A DNA stretch of 63,889 nt, counting the filler, from Circinaria calcarea (lineage: Eukaryota): assembly GCA_051942165.1 (NCBI GenBank). It is 10 parts of 10 records of this genome, joined end to end, with 100 filler letters (N's around TTAATTAATTAA, not from the genome) between each part and the next. Parts side by side here need not be neighbours in the genome. Positions count along the whole stretch, not along the records: positions 19,251 to 25,559 come from JAVECS010001613.1; positions 25,660 to 31,960 come from JAVECS010001614.1; positions 32,061 to 38,361 come from JAVECS010001615.1; 7 more parts are not named here. One strand, written 5' to 3'. Below, one piece after another: positions 24,865-37,195 of the stretch. The notes beneath the pieces are model-generated. The model was not told the DNA's origin, did not search any database, and was given only the letters and a program-made list of their open reading frames with translations. Numbering within the stretch: the stretch's first letter is position 1; every line of letters begins with the position of its first letter. Both the position numbers and the translations under genes were made by a program.

Positions 24865-25559
24865 ATGTACTATTCTTCATTGCTCGCCTTGCTTCATTTT
24901 GCTACAGCATTATCGAGAGATATCGTCATGGCTGGCAACTACCAAATACAGCAGTGCGGCAACCAAGCAGGCGTGGTAAAAGCTAGCTTGGACGACACCT
25001 ATAACTATCTTCAGAGAATCATTCGTGCCGAAGACCGGCACAGTGCCCCATACAAAGCATTCCTCAGCGGCGTCGATGTGGCCGAGACCAAAGCCCTCTT
25101 CTCGCGAATAGCAGCGGGCAAAAACATCACCACCCCGATGAGCCCTAATTACCGGCCTGTCATTGTGTGCATATCGCGTCCTTCTGATCATTTCTGGAAA
25201 AAATGCCTTTACGGCCAGAGAACTGCGGGGTTCCATATCAAAGGTAGTCATATTGCTTTTCTCTGTCCGCTGTTTTTTCAATTGAATCCATGGCCCATCC
25301 ACCACGACTGTAACGTGGTCACTTCGAGAAATACCAGGCTCGCGGGTCACGATCTGCATGCCACAAGATACACCCATCTGGTCCATGAGCTCGTCCACAT
25401 GTATCTAGGAAAACCAGGGTTGGAACCAGAGGCATATGAAGCAAATGCCTGCTTGGCGTTGCCCCCGGCCAAAGCGGCAATCAACGCGAATAACTATGCG
25501 CTTTACGCTGGAAGTGAGTATAGCGAGCGGGCTACCCTATATGGCCATCATGCTTACAT
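24865..25559 (+). CDS. Secreted zinc metalloprotease, M35/aspzincin-like; 3' end at the contig edge
   Basis: Signal-like MYYSSLLALLHFATA, IAFLCPLFF, HELVH (HExxH) and INANNYALYA. Donor GTGAGT near 25514. Confidence 0.7.
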
Positions 25560-26054
25560 NNNNNNNNNNNNNNNNNNNNNNNNNNNNNNNNNNNNNNNNN
25601 NNNTTAATTAATTAANNNNNNNNNNNNNNNNNNNNNNNNNNNNNNNNNNNNNNNNNNNNGAGCGCCAACCTTTGGACTGATACAGAAGCTCGAATTATGA
25701 CCAGTCGAAGCATGCTAAGTGGAATCATAGCTGCAGAGTGACTCTCAGTCCGTTCACAATCTTCGCCAGACCGATGCATGAATCCATAGAGTAAGGCAAT
25801 CCCATATATCACATCAGCACACAGCGATTGAGATGATATGACGAGCAAACCGAAGGCTTCGGATGCTCGGATACCAACCAACGTTCTAATCCTGTAGGTG
25901 CCATGGCCAGCTGTATTGAATCCCGAGATGATGAGAGTTTGCCGGTGTCCCGCTGTCTTGTTCCTCTGGGAACCGAAACAGTGTGCATAAATGATGTTTG
26001 GTTCAGTGCACCTGGTCCACGAGATGGATATTGTTAGTGGTGTATCTGTGGACC

Positions 26055-26747
26055 TTAGGACATTGGACCTAGGAGGGCCAGCGCACTCTCAAAGGCTTTG
26101 ACAACCTTGACGTCTACAAGTTCATGAAATTAGCTGCCTATATACGACGGTTTTCATAGTTCAACTTGCAGTGTAGCCGTTTTTCTTCTATACGGTGTTC
26201 TGCTCCCTGCACGTAACTTATACGGGTCTTGAGTCTAACGGTGGTGTAAGCAGGAACAATCAGAGCAGTAAGGAGCTTACATACCTCTTGTGAGATCTTT
26301 CGTTCTCGTGTACGGAGGTGGTGGACGCCCACGTCTCAAACAACTTGGATATAAGTTAGCCGTATGGTGTAGGGTCTCGGTGCTGTGAATGTCAACGACC
26401 TTAATCCAGTAATTGAACTCCTGGTAAATAGCCTGTTCGGCTTCCTCGCATTCCGATATCTTCTTAAGATATCTTTCCTCAAGCTGCTCCCAGTCAAAAG
26501 GCTCGATGGCGTCTTTGGGGTCACCCATCTCAGTCAAAGGAGACGGGTCAGCCATCGTGTGTTGATCTCTCTGCCTTGTGCCAGTAAGGGGCCCTGTGGT
26601 TGCTAAACTTCGTGGCTGGCCAGATTGAAGCTGGGAGTTGTGATTTACAAGATCTGAGTCCGCCTCTATTGGATTCGCGCTATTGCTCGTTCTTTCGAGG
26701 AGAGGCTGTGCTTCGCTATCGTTTGTAGCTTTATCAGAACTTGCCAT
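26055..26747 (-). CDS. Small coiled-coil hypothetical protein
   Basis: Four exons join to FDWEQLEERY..QEF..K/LFETWASTT..HENERSHKR/LKTRISYVQGAE..EEKRLH/YVKVVKAFESALALL. Last intron (26114-26169) is GC-AG. Confidence 0.75.
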
Positions 26748-27157
26748 GGCCACAGATACTGTCTATCCACATCTCAACATCAATACGAAAGATTGGTTAC
26801 TATCAAAAGTATAGGCCGTGCATAACCAGCACGTCGTTTAAATTTGTGCCTAGAATCCTTGTCAGAGGTCGATTGAAGCTACCGCGTCGCTCCAAAGGAC
26901 CGAAGGAAGACCTTCCAATCAACAATCTAGATGGGTAGGAGCGTAGTATTCTTCCTTGAACAATAGTAGCGGTTGAATGTTGAAGGTGCTTTACATACCG
27001 TACCATACTATCTAGCGTCCTTACCCCGGATTATCAAAATAGTTTTAGCCTTATGGTGCATCACTACCGAGTACCTTACCTTATTCTGGATTAAAGGTAT
27101 TCATACTTCGTAGAGAGTAAAGACAATACATAGATAAGCAAACAGCATTCTTCCAAG

Positions 27158-28052
27158 ATGTCTGCTATCGGTCCAGAACTGCCACCTCACTTAGTTGCAA
27201 AGCGAAAAAGACAACAAGAAGAGCCAATTGATCAGCCAGTCTCGACTCGTTCACGCAGCACGTCTTCAAGTAGCGGTGCTGGGGAGAAGAGGAGATGCAT
27301 CATAGGTCCATCCCTACCACCAGCTGCCTTGAATGAAAGACCTCTCGATGACCCGGATTCCGATGCCGGCAGCGACAGCGACAGCGACCTAGGACCAGCT
27401 CCGCCTCCTGCGACGGGTCGTCTCGATCACCGAGCAGGTCTGCAGCATGGTAACTCTGGTATGGATGACGTCTTGGCTAAAGATACGGTCAAGAAACCTC
27501 AGCGAGAAGAGTGGATGCTTGTACCACCCAAGCAAGACGACTGGACGTCCCGAGTCGATCCTACCAAACTACGGAATCGAAAATTCAATACGGGCAAGGG
27601 TGCTAAGGCGCCGTCACAAAGTGGATCCGGTGATAATGCACTATGGACCGAAACGGCGGAGCAGAAGAGACAGAGACTGGAGGATGAAGTTATGGGTGTG
27701 AAGAAGCCCGCTCAGTTGGACCAGGATAGTAAGAAAGGCGGCAGAAGTGAGGCCGAAGCCCGGGAGACGGACAGAAGGATACGGGAGTACAATGTAGGGG
27801 ACTGCAGATCTAGGACTAGAAGAACTATAGCTGACATACCCTGTTTCATAGGAGAAGAATCGAAATTCCTCACTTTATAGCGAACACAAAAAGGCGACCC
27901 CAAAGGAACAGGAGGATGATCCAAGCAAGCGTGCCTTTGACAAGGAGAAAGATATTGGAGGTGGCATGAAGATTGGGCATGCTAAGAAGAAGGAATTACT
28001 GAGCAAGGCGGCGAATTTTGGATCAAGATTTGCTGGAGGAAACTATTTGTAA
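27158..28052 (+). CDS. GPALPP1-like / DUF3752 protein
   Basis: IGPELPPHL, IGPSLPP and LGPAPPP repeats, REEWMLVPP, LWTETAEQKRQRL. After an intron (about 27793-27851): EDDPSKRAFDKEKDI..FGSRFAGGNYL-stop. Confidence 0.88.
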
Positions 28053-31000
28053 ATCACACGATACCCCAACCGTTACGCATAAAGAATTGCTCTAGCTTTC
28101 ACAAATATCACTGACTCAGTTCGAAGTATAAGCCTCGACTAGGCGCTCATGCCTACGTATTGGTGGTTACCTTCATACTCTTTTCTTCTTTAAGTTGCTC
28201 ATATGGCTATATCCATTCACTATACCGAACAGATGAGCAATTTTTAACCGCTTTTCCAACTGTTGAGGACCGGAGACGAACACTAATATCTTGAGACCTA
28301 TGTAATTCGGCGTCCGCTTGGCCTGCAATAGGCCTTCACTGCTGGATGGCTGGTTTCAAGTTCCCAGCAAAGAAGGTTATAGGTCACATTCACTCCTTCA
28401 TTATTGATCAACGGATTCATACAAGTTCCTCAGGATGATATTTTTCATTCTAGTGTTCCTTTATATTGATTCATTTGGGTCGATCCCTACAACCACTGTC
28501 TATATAACGTCTGCATGTCGCCCACCAATTTCCCTCCAATAACCTTACCATTTACCACAGGTTTACTTGCAAGGTCCACCACAAAGCAACTATCCAAATC
28601 GACCAGCAAAGCCCGCGGTGTTCCTTGGATAAATCACTCAAAGTGAGTTCATCTATAACGGTAGATAACAGGACCCTCATGAGAATTACCCATACAGTCC
28701 TCCCCATTCTTCCCACACGCAAGTCAAGCACGCAAACCAAAAAGGGCCTTTTAGCCAGCCCGGTCATGACATAGCCAAGTGATACTTCCTCAAACCTCCC
28801 AGTTGCGCGAATTGAGAGTATCTGCCATGGCAGTCCCAACGGGCGTACGCGATTGGCTACTCATCGAGAACTCCGCCCTGGCGGTGCTATACATCTGCAA
28901 GACGTCACATCGCAGCCTTTATGCATTCCCAAGGCCTACAAACCCTGGCCACCGGCCAAGATATGCAAATACGGTTTGGACACTTGAGGCAACCCAGGAA
29001 CGCGGGGAAAAGTCGCTGGGTGCAGATCGATCGAATCAAAAGCCTTACCTGGCACTGGACGCTTCCGGGCGCTGGGAATATCACCGCACAGCTCATATTA
29101 CGCGACTATCGAAACTGGAAGTCAACTTCGCCGGCCGCACAACTCGATTTCACGGACGAGTACCTTAACGATCTATCGGCTCCTCACGGGGAAGGACATC
29201 CGAAGCGAGGAGGGATCTACGTAGGTTGTCTCCAGCCGGGATGTTTTGCAAGCCAAGGTCACATTGCATCTCGCAGGAACCATATAGACCCGGGAAACCA
29301 AGCAATCTACAATGGACTCTCAGCGGAGCGGAGGTTGGAGATATTTGGTACAGGTTGACAGAGGATTCTTGTCCGAGCCAGCACTACACGAATACAGTGT
29401 GAAGTCGGGCAGGTGATAGAAAGGACTTTGGATTTATGGTGGTGTTTTTAGACTGTACTGTTTAGAGAATGGCTTTTGATTTAGAATTGGATCATGCAAT
29501 TTGGGAGTTTGCTGGCGAGCGAGTTTTTGGAGATTCACCTAACGGCCTTTTGTGGATTCTGCTTCTTTCTTCTTTTTTTTCAAAATTTGGATTTTGCTAG
29601 GATGCGAGTTTGCATGGTTTTGGACAGACGGGGGCCCTTTGGTTTAACTTGGATCATAGAATATCAAGCGAGTCTGCTGGCGAGCGGGATATCTACACTA
29701 ATAATTATTTCAGAGGAACACAGATCCTCATGGGTGGTACGAGAAAGCAAGCGTCAAATATCCGATTCAATGTCGCGAATCAACGAGGCCTGAAACGGAT
29801 CATAAGTCCTATTTGGGTTTCCTTCCCCTCTCTCTGCAAAGCATATACCTCCGTATTCACCCAAAACACTCACGGCAGCGTTTATATCTACGTATACTTA
29901 TTCTCATCACCTTGTACTAAGGAAAGACCCTCCATCAGCGGTGCCCGGATATTTCCAGCTGTATATCCCCCTTCCTTTCTACAAACGTTTACGAAAAGTA
30001 TACCCTAGCAGCAATATTTATTCCCCTCAATTTTATATAGCCAACGAGCCATACAATCACCTCCCTCAATCACTCTACCCTCGACGACCTAGAGAGAGTA
30101 ACCCGCGATCTGCGGTAGAGGGTCTGGGGGGTTATATGATTTACTATGCCCTGTTTGGGGGGGGGGAAGTAGGATATATTATAACCCTCATTCATTCCCA
30201 AATTTCTCTGCGTCCCGGTACTTTGTATGGTGATTCAAAATCTTCACCGGGCTCGTTCATTGAGACTAAATGTAGCGCTTGGTTGCAACCAACTGCATTC
30301 GCTTGGACTTCCAAGGCGCGCTTCCGGGGTGGCCGTAAATTCTTCGACCACAGCCTCGTAGTGCTCGCCTTGCGGATGGGGAACTGGCATGGATTTCTGA
30401 GCGATGGAATTGTGTTACACGTGCTGGATGGCAAAATTGAGATGGGTGAAACGTTCGTTGGTCATGAGGGGGTAGAGGACGGTGATTGGCGAGTTTTTCA
30501 TGTTTCTGGCTGTTCGACGTGCTGGACGTCGGTCCCTGAGGGCATGATGTTGTATGTTGGGGGTTGGGGGGGGTGACTGTCTATGGCTTTGAGAACGGCT
30601 AGTGCTTGTTGGAGTTAAATGGGAGAAGGGATTCCGCCGGGACTGAACGACCGAATTTGATAGTAGGAATAAGTGGTGATACGTGATGATGCTGTAGGTG
30701 GATGGACATCATATCAATGCTGGCAAGGGTAGCTCGAAAGAGGCTAATTTGTTTACAATGAGTCTCCTTGTCGAACGACCTGGATGGTGGAAATCTGAAA
30801 GAAGCTGTTTACAAGGCATTGAGAGAGTATAACGAGACATTATATAGACACCCCGTAGCAGCAATAACGCCCTTGAAATGGATGAATCTTGCACTAAATA
30901 AATCAATACCCGCTTTCAGAAGACTTCGCAGAGACTCACCATTGCGCAGCTCCTATTCAAGGCGACACACGCACAAAACATGGGGTACGTGAAACTTGAA

Positions 31001-31606
31001 CGAGGGGAGCTGTGTGAGAGAGAGTACTCTCCTTAGCTTGCGTTGGTAAAGATCATTCATACTCTGACATGAAAGTCTTGAAAATGATTGACGTGATCCA
31101 GTGTTACCTTACCAAGATTACCTGGTGAGCCCCGGATATACCGCCAAAGCCTCCACTTATAAATTGTCTTATTATAAAATATCCAACATAAATCAAACTA
31201 TGGTTCGAACATTCTCAACCACTGGAGACCAACATGAGAGTGGTGACCCCTAAACATAAGGAGGTTATGGGTTCAAGACAGAAGGCTTGTACTAAGACCA
31301 AATTACCCGTGTCTAACGCAACATGATATCTGATGGAATGCCTTAATCATTCAGACATGCCCCCTAGATATGAATTCGTTTGGTCAACTTATACTCTTAC
31401 ACATGTAATAAGTTTCATACAACACAAATTCATCTGAAAGGCCATACATGATAGAAGCTTATTCCCGACCTAGCTTCAAGGATATGTGAAACTTCACAAT
31501 ATTCGGAAAATTGCCCATAGAAAGTGCGGGTTAGCACAAAGAAGCTTAGGCCGATGATTGGTGGTATAACATGTATACAAATAACATTCCCTGAATTCAT
31601 TAACTC

Positions 31607-31960
31607 CTACTTCTGAGCGCGCGGACCAGCAACACCAGCACCGATGACGCTTGGCAAGTCTTCCTGCCCGATACTGTACAACATACCAATACCCCAAGAT
31701 ACCGTCGCAAGCATTGCAATCGTAAACCCGGCCAAAAGGAAGAATGGCGCACTGACGTCTTTCTTTTGACATGCTGGACCTCCCCAGTGCGTTGTCTTGT
31801 TCGACCCAGGTGAATTCATACGTGTCGAGCCGCAACGGCAGGACCAACAATCGGTACCGGCACCCTCTGTTGTTCCATTTTCGGTAAATTTCTTGTAGCA
31901 ACTTCCGTGGCCGCTGCAGTTCAGTGTCGCCGATACGCACAAGCTTTCGGTAGTGTGACA
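31607..31960 (-). CDS. C-terminal fragment of a DUF3844 / Vps3844-like membrane protein
   Basis: CSGHGSC, C.C, KTTHWGGPACQKKDVS, a TM helix and LYSIGQEDLPSVIGAGV. Confidence 0.85.
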   Translation of the reverse strand, partial: CHTTESLCVSATLNCSGHGSCYKKFTENGTTEGAGTDCWSCRCGSTRMNSPGSNKTTHWGGPACQKKDVSAPFFLLAGFTIAMLATVSWGIGMLYSIGQEDLPSVIGAGVAGPRAQK

Positions 31961-32184
31961 NNNNNNNNNNNNNNNNNNNNNNNNNNNNNNNNNNNNNNNN
32001 NNNNTTAATTAATTAANNNNNNNNNNNNNNNNNNNNNNNNNNNNNNNNNNNNNNNNNNNNGTGGAAGGGGGGGTTAGATGGTCTGTTTTGTCTTAGAAGA
32101 TAGGGTTAGGATGTAGGGGGAGAGTCTGGTGTGCAATGGAACAGGGCCTTTATTATTATTTTCCAAGGCGCGAGTATAAATTAG

Positions 32185-33261
32185 TTACAGAGAGCTCTTG
32201 CTTCCCGAACGAAGTTCATTCACTTCACCACCACCTTCCCCTTCTTCCCCCCTATCCGGTTCCTTCCCCGGCGCTTCTGCCTTTTCCGGACACGCATCCA
32301 ACTCGTATCCCTGCCATGATCCCTCTAATTCCTCCCGCAAAGCATCCTTTTCCGTCGCAACTGCATGTCTTCCGATTTGCGCGTTGCCCCTTTCATCCAC
32401 AACGGTTTGATATTGTAGCAGGAGGGCGTCATAACGACGCCTTTTCCGGAAGATGAAGATGGAGAGGAAGAGTGCGCCTAGGAAGAAGACGATTAAGAGG
32501 GTAAGGATCGGGGCGAGAATGCGGGGAGGGAGCGAGGAGGAGGTATGGTTTGGCGCTTCAGTTCCTTGGGTGGAGGTAGTTGCGAGAGGCATGGATAGTG
32601 TGGAGGTTGGTAGAATAGTAGCGGGAGACGAAAAGCTGGATTGAGTTGCAGCAGCTTGGAAAACCACACCCCACGTTTGCGGTTGTATGCCATCAACTTT
32701 TTGGATGTTGAATTGGCCACTCGAGTAGAACGAAGAGTTTGGATTATTTATAGGACCTTGCTGGAGGTTGAAGTTGGACAAATTGAATGGTCCTCCATAG
32801 TTCAAGGGAACCGAAAGTGTACCGTTGGAACCAACCGAAGTATTGAAGACTATGTAGATGCATAAAAGTGTCAATACATTATTTGAAGACCACTGAAAGA
32901 GTACGTGTAGAAGCGCCTTAGGTCAAACTATAAGTGGACCTTGAGTAAAGAAACAAGAAACATAGATTGGATCCCAGTGATTCATAGAGGCACTAGTTTA
33001 GATCTACCAAGTAAAGTTTGAGTACATACCCAAAATCTGTTTGAAGTTGGGAGCAAGACCCGTGGTGAGCCAAAGCATGAGGCATGGCGATGTAAAATTC
33101 GGAGCATATGATTCCCACGTCACATTAAGGGTATCAAGGTAATTGTAGGTAGTTTCGCTTTGCGATTTAGTAGGATAGAGGAACTGGCCATATGGACTAT
33201 CTGATCCAGCAAGGCACTGGCCGCATAGTAGTAAAAGGAGGATATATGCAGGAGCTATCAT
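32185..33261 (-). CDS. Mid2-like single-pass cell-surface protein
   Basis: Signal peptide MIAPAYILLLLLCGQCLA, intron about 32850-33029, S/T-rich stalk, TM ILAPILTLLIVFFLGALFLSIFIF then RKRRR and an acidic tail. Confidence 0.7.
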
Positions 33262-35407
33262 GACTGTAAGCCGACGGAAACTTGCGTCTATTTCTCCATT
33301 AATGAGGATAGCTCGGGGGCAACCCTTCAATAAATGTAGCTGTACGGTACCGAGAGTACATTAGCGGCAAGGACAACCAGTGAATAATAGTTTGTGCCGG
33401 TCAGTAGAACGGGGCAAGAAAGCGATACCCACGCCGTTATGCGCAACTGCAGATCAACGGGTAGATGTGAAGGGGAATGGGGGGTGTTGCGCAGTGTCTC
33501 ACCATTAATTCTTCGAACACCGTTGGCCCGCCAAAAAAGCTTATGTTCTAGCCGCGCCATCCATTGGAAACAATGAGTAAAGTAGAGTGGGTTAAAATTA
33601 GTGACGAAGACGGTAAGTTATAGGAACTCAGAGATTGTCATCGCAAACTGATACTCAAATTCCGGAGTAGGGCAAACAGAATGATGCATGCAAAGGTCTA
33701 GTAGGAATATACAACCGCCGATCCGAGGCACCATGGACAAAGCATGAGGCTGTCAGCCACACACACAGAGAGGCTGCTCCGGGCTCTCAAATATATTTCC
33801 GGCGGCAAAGTGCAAGGCCTCATCACTTCCGAATGCTAACCAACACTTATGCAGGTGATTGTATGCAAGCCTATGGCTTGTCCCGTAATGCGAGACATCT
33901 ACCCCACAACATCGGAAGTATACTTTGGCGACGTCCATACTGACTTGTGGGGAGATGAAGAGATCGGGGCGTTAAGTGTGGGCCGTATTGTTTGTGGCCA
34001 ACTGCTACTTGTGCTGGTTCTAGAGATGTCGAGTCCAGGTCTTGAGCGCGTACCTGATCGGATGCAAGAGTCCCTTGAAGACATCTTTTGACCGCTATAC
34101 AAGAAGTCTTGGGTCAAATTGCCTGTAATGCGGGCTGAAATGATCTTCCCTAACAAACTAGTCATTCCATTGGGTAAGCAGAATCAAAGGAGGCGTAGTA
34201 GTAGGCTTAGTGTTCGAGTACACTGCAACTTCCATTTGCACCTCCGACCATGCATGGCAAGAACATGAACCAACAAAGGGAAACCTAGCATGGGGTTTAG
34301 GGTGCCTTCTCCATGGTGTGGCTATACAAGCCGCTGATGTTTAGAAGGATCTGGCGCAGTCGCACCAGAGTCGGTACAGGGAATTCAACCGGTGCTTTAA
34401 CATGCATACTTCATCATTCGTACAATAAAGAACAGAGCGATTCAGATTTTACAGTTCATTTGTCTGGGTTGAAGGGAAAGAAAAGAGCTGGCGTACAAAC
34501 TGCAGGACCATGTCAAAAGAAAAGCTTAGAGACACATAGTCGCCTAGAATAAGCCTCTCGAAGATGAAGCTGTTGGATAACAGAAGTCATTTCGCATCAA
34601 GTGATGATAGCATCATGCCCGATGCATGCGCCTTACCCGTGTGTGATAGCTGTTCCAGTGCTGCTGTATGCACCAGACTCGGAGGTGGCTCAGATGCCTC
34701 CGCCTTCACCAGCGTGCAGAAGCACTAAGTGGACGTCTGGCGATGGTCCTTGTCAGAGACATTAGCATAATGTGATCACAATCCTCGATGGTTTCCGATG
34801 TTGTTCGGATATCTGAAAGGTGGCCTGTATTCCGAGGTGGAGGATGAGCAGCAAAGTAGTGTTCACCCCGCTATACCTTCCTACTCCCCTCACCGTCCCT
34901 GTTGTACAAGAAAAAATGGGACGCCCACCGTATTTACTTGCCTAAGTATAGGCTCCAAATTTGTGAGGACCCCTTCTAACACTAGGGCTCTTCAGGCGTA
35001 AATTAGTGGGTGTGCCTACGGCGGGGTGAATTTTGCTGTCGCATGTTTTCTGTCACCCGCGTGGCAGCCTCTTATTAACTTCTAACATGGACATAAATCG
35101 AGATGATAACCCTAACTCTACAGCGAATACATTTTGCAGCCGAGAATACGAGATGCACTGGAGAGTTGTTTTAGGATAACATGGCTGATGGTGTGTGAAT
35201 GAGTAGGTCCCCGAGGCAATTTTCTGACTCAACGTTGTCGAGACAAAAACATTCAAAGCGCCACATTTCCTTCCTAAACTAAATCTCTTACTACTCATCG
35301 TACGCTCAACACCTTTGACGCATCGGTCTTCCCTTGGTCCAATAGGTTTCCTCTTTACTTGATAGGTCTCGCCTTTAAAGGGTCTTCTCAAGAACTTATC
35401 GAGTAGG

Positions 35408-37195
35408 ATGCCTACAACACGTATCACACTTTCTTTAAATAGCAAGCAGTCCCAAAGGGCACCTCTACTCGTATCATCCTCTACATCTCTTGATCCTACA
35501 AGCAATGACTCGTGCCGTGCTCTTGTAATCAAAACGGCCCAATCAAAGCTCCGGCTAAAGAAAGCATCTCGTGTCTTTGTGGCCGGTACGGGCAAAGAGC
35601 TTATCAACGAGTTCGACTGGAAGCATGCCCTCAAAGACGACGTGGTACTGCTAGTATCTGCAGGTGAGGAATATGTTGGCCTGAAGAAAGAGGAACCGAA
35701 AGCGAGCGATGATGACCCAACGGACATGGTGTCGTTACGCTTAGGAAACCCGGACTGCTCCATTGTCAATCTCGCTGATAGAGCCACCATTGACCCTTTA
35801 TCAATCACACAACTCGAAACCACAGCACATACCCTACCTGGGATTATCCATGCCGTTGCTCAACCAGATCTCCACCCAGGTACCAAATTCCCTATCGGTG
35901 CCGTATTCGTTTCGGATGGATGGATACACCCACCATTGATCGGTGGTGATATAGGCTGCGGCATGGCATGGTACAAGACGAAGCTCACTCCATCTCAAGT
36001 CGAAGGGGAAAAAGGAAGGAAATTAGCCGAAAAATTGCGTAGAGTCGAAGGACCATGGCGTACACAACAAAACAGGCTCACCTGGCTGACCGATTCTTCC
36101 ACAAGCGAGAGTTTTACTTGTCACAGTGCTGGGGAAGAGTGGGATGCCTCCCTCGGTACAATTGGCGCCGGTAATCACTTTGCAGAACTTCAGGTTGTCG
36201 AAGAAATCCTCGACGGCAATTGGAAAACCAACAATACGTTCAACCCTCAGCAGATACTCAACGAAGGCGAAGTCGTTCTCCTCGTACACTCTGGCTCTCG
36301 AGGTTTCGGTGGTGATATTCTTAAACGCTATACCTCTGACGACCGTACCAGTATGCGTTCCTCTGACCCCGCTGCATCCAATTACCTCGAAGAACACGAC
36401 CGTGCCTGCGCATGGGCAGTAAGAAACCGTGATCTGATTGCACTCCGCTTCCTCGCCTGTATCGAGCCTGGACAGGAATCGTGGGATCTTGGCATCAACG
36501 ACCCCAACTCCTCAACTACAGCCGAAGACATTCAGACCGCCGCCCGTGCGGTCGAATGCCGAAAAGTCGTTGACATCTGCCATAACAACGTCGAAGCCAC
36601 TTCTTGGCCGCCATCTCCTTCCTCCTCCACCGCCAATGCCACTTCCTCCAAACCTCGTGTCTTCATCCACCGTAAAGGCGCCGCTCCAACCCATCATCTC
36701 CTTCCATCCTCTACCACAAACCCCTCCCACCAACAAACCCAACCACAACCCCTATCCATCCTCCCTCTTCCCGGTTCTCGTGGCACCCCAACCCTTATCC
36801 TCCACCCTCTTCACACACATCAAAACAGCTACGGCCTCCATCACGCCCTCAGCCTCGCCCACGGCGCCGGCCGTGCCCTCTCCCGCGCAAAAGCCCTCGC
36901 TTCCCTGCCCGCCAAATATAACCACAAACCGGATGACCTGCTTCGTGGCGATTTCGTGAAGACGAACGCAAAGGGAAATAAGAATGTCGCGAGGGATGAC
37001 AGTGGGAGAAATGAAGGGGAAAAGGTGAAGGGGGGCGTGTGGGTCGTTTGCGAGGAAAAGGCACTGGTGTGGGAGGAGGCCGTGGAGGCGTACAAGGATG
37101 TTTGGGACGTAGGGGCTGATCTGGTGCAGGCGGGGGTGGCGGAGAGAGTCGGCTGGTGTAGGGGAAGGGTGAGTTATAAAGTTAGAAAGTCGTGA
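35408..37195 (+). CDS. rtcB: RtcB-family 3'-phosphate/5'-OH RNA ligase (release-factor-H-coupled type) with extra N-terminal domain; intronless
   Basis: Catalytic motifs in order: QPDLHPG, GGDIGCG, LGTIGAGNHFAELQ, LVHSGSRG, HNNV, IHRKGA, LPGSRG, SLAHGAGR (guanylylated His), EE..EAYKD and C-terminal SYK. Confidence 0.92.
   Translation: MPTTRITLSLNSKQSQRAPLLVSSSTSLDPTSNDSCRALVIKTAQSKLRLKKASRVFVAGTGKELINEFDWKHALKDDVVLLVSAGEEYVGLKKEEPKASDDDPTDMVSLRLGNPDCSIVNLADRATIDPLSITQLETTAHTLPGIIHAVAQPDLHPGTKFPIGAVFVSDGWIHPPLIGGDIGCGMAWYKTKLTPSQVEGEKGRKLAEKLRRVEGPWRTQQNRLTWLTDSSTSESFTCHSAGEEWDASLGTIGAGNHFAELQVVEEILDGNWKTNNTFNPQQILNEGEVVLLVHSGSRGFGGDILKRYTSDDRTSMRSSDPAASNYLEEHDRACAWAVRNRDLIALRFLACIEPGQESWDLGINDPNSSTTAEDIQTAARAVECRKVVDICHNNVEATSWPPSPSSSTANATSSKPRVFIHRKGAAPTHHLLPSSTTNPSHQQTQPQPLSILPLPGSRGTPTLILHPLHTHQNSYGLHHALSLAHGAGRALSRAKALASLPAKYNHKPDDLLRGDFVKTNAKGNKNVARDDSGRNEGEKVKGGVWVVCEEKALVWEEAVEAYKDVWDVGADLVQAGVAERVGWCRGRVSYKVRKS

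Noticed and set aside
28779..30576. Several 100-210-aa ORFs
   Set aside because: Overlapping frames with no recognisable motifs or splice support. An orphan gene at about 28830-29358 cannot be excluded.
33600..35400. A PrfH-like release factor partner upstream of RtcB
   Set aside because: No ORF with a GGQ motif. Only short or stop-riddled frames, with a possible degraded gene at about 33750-34150 that I could not identify.
35053..35823. 256-aa minus-strand ORF
   Set aside because: Mostly antisense to RtcB, with no motif of its own.
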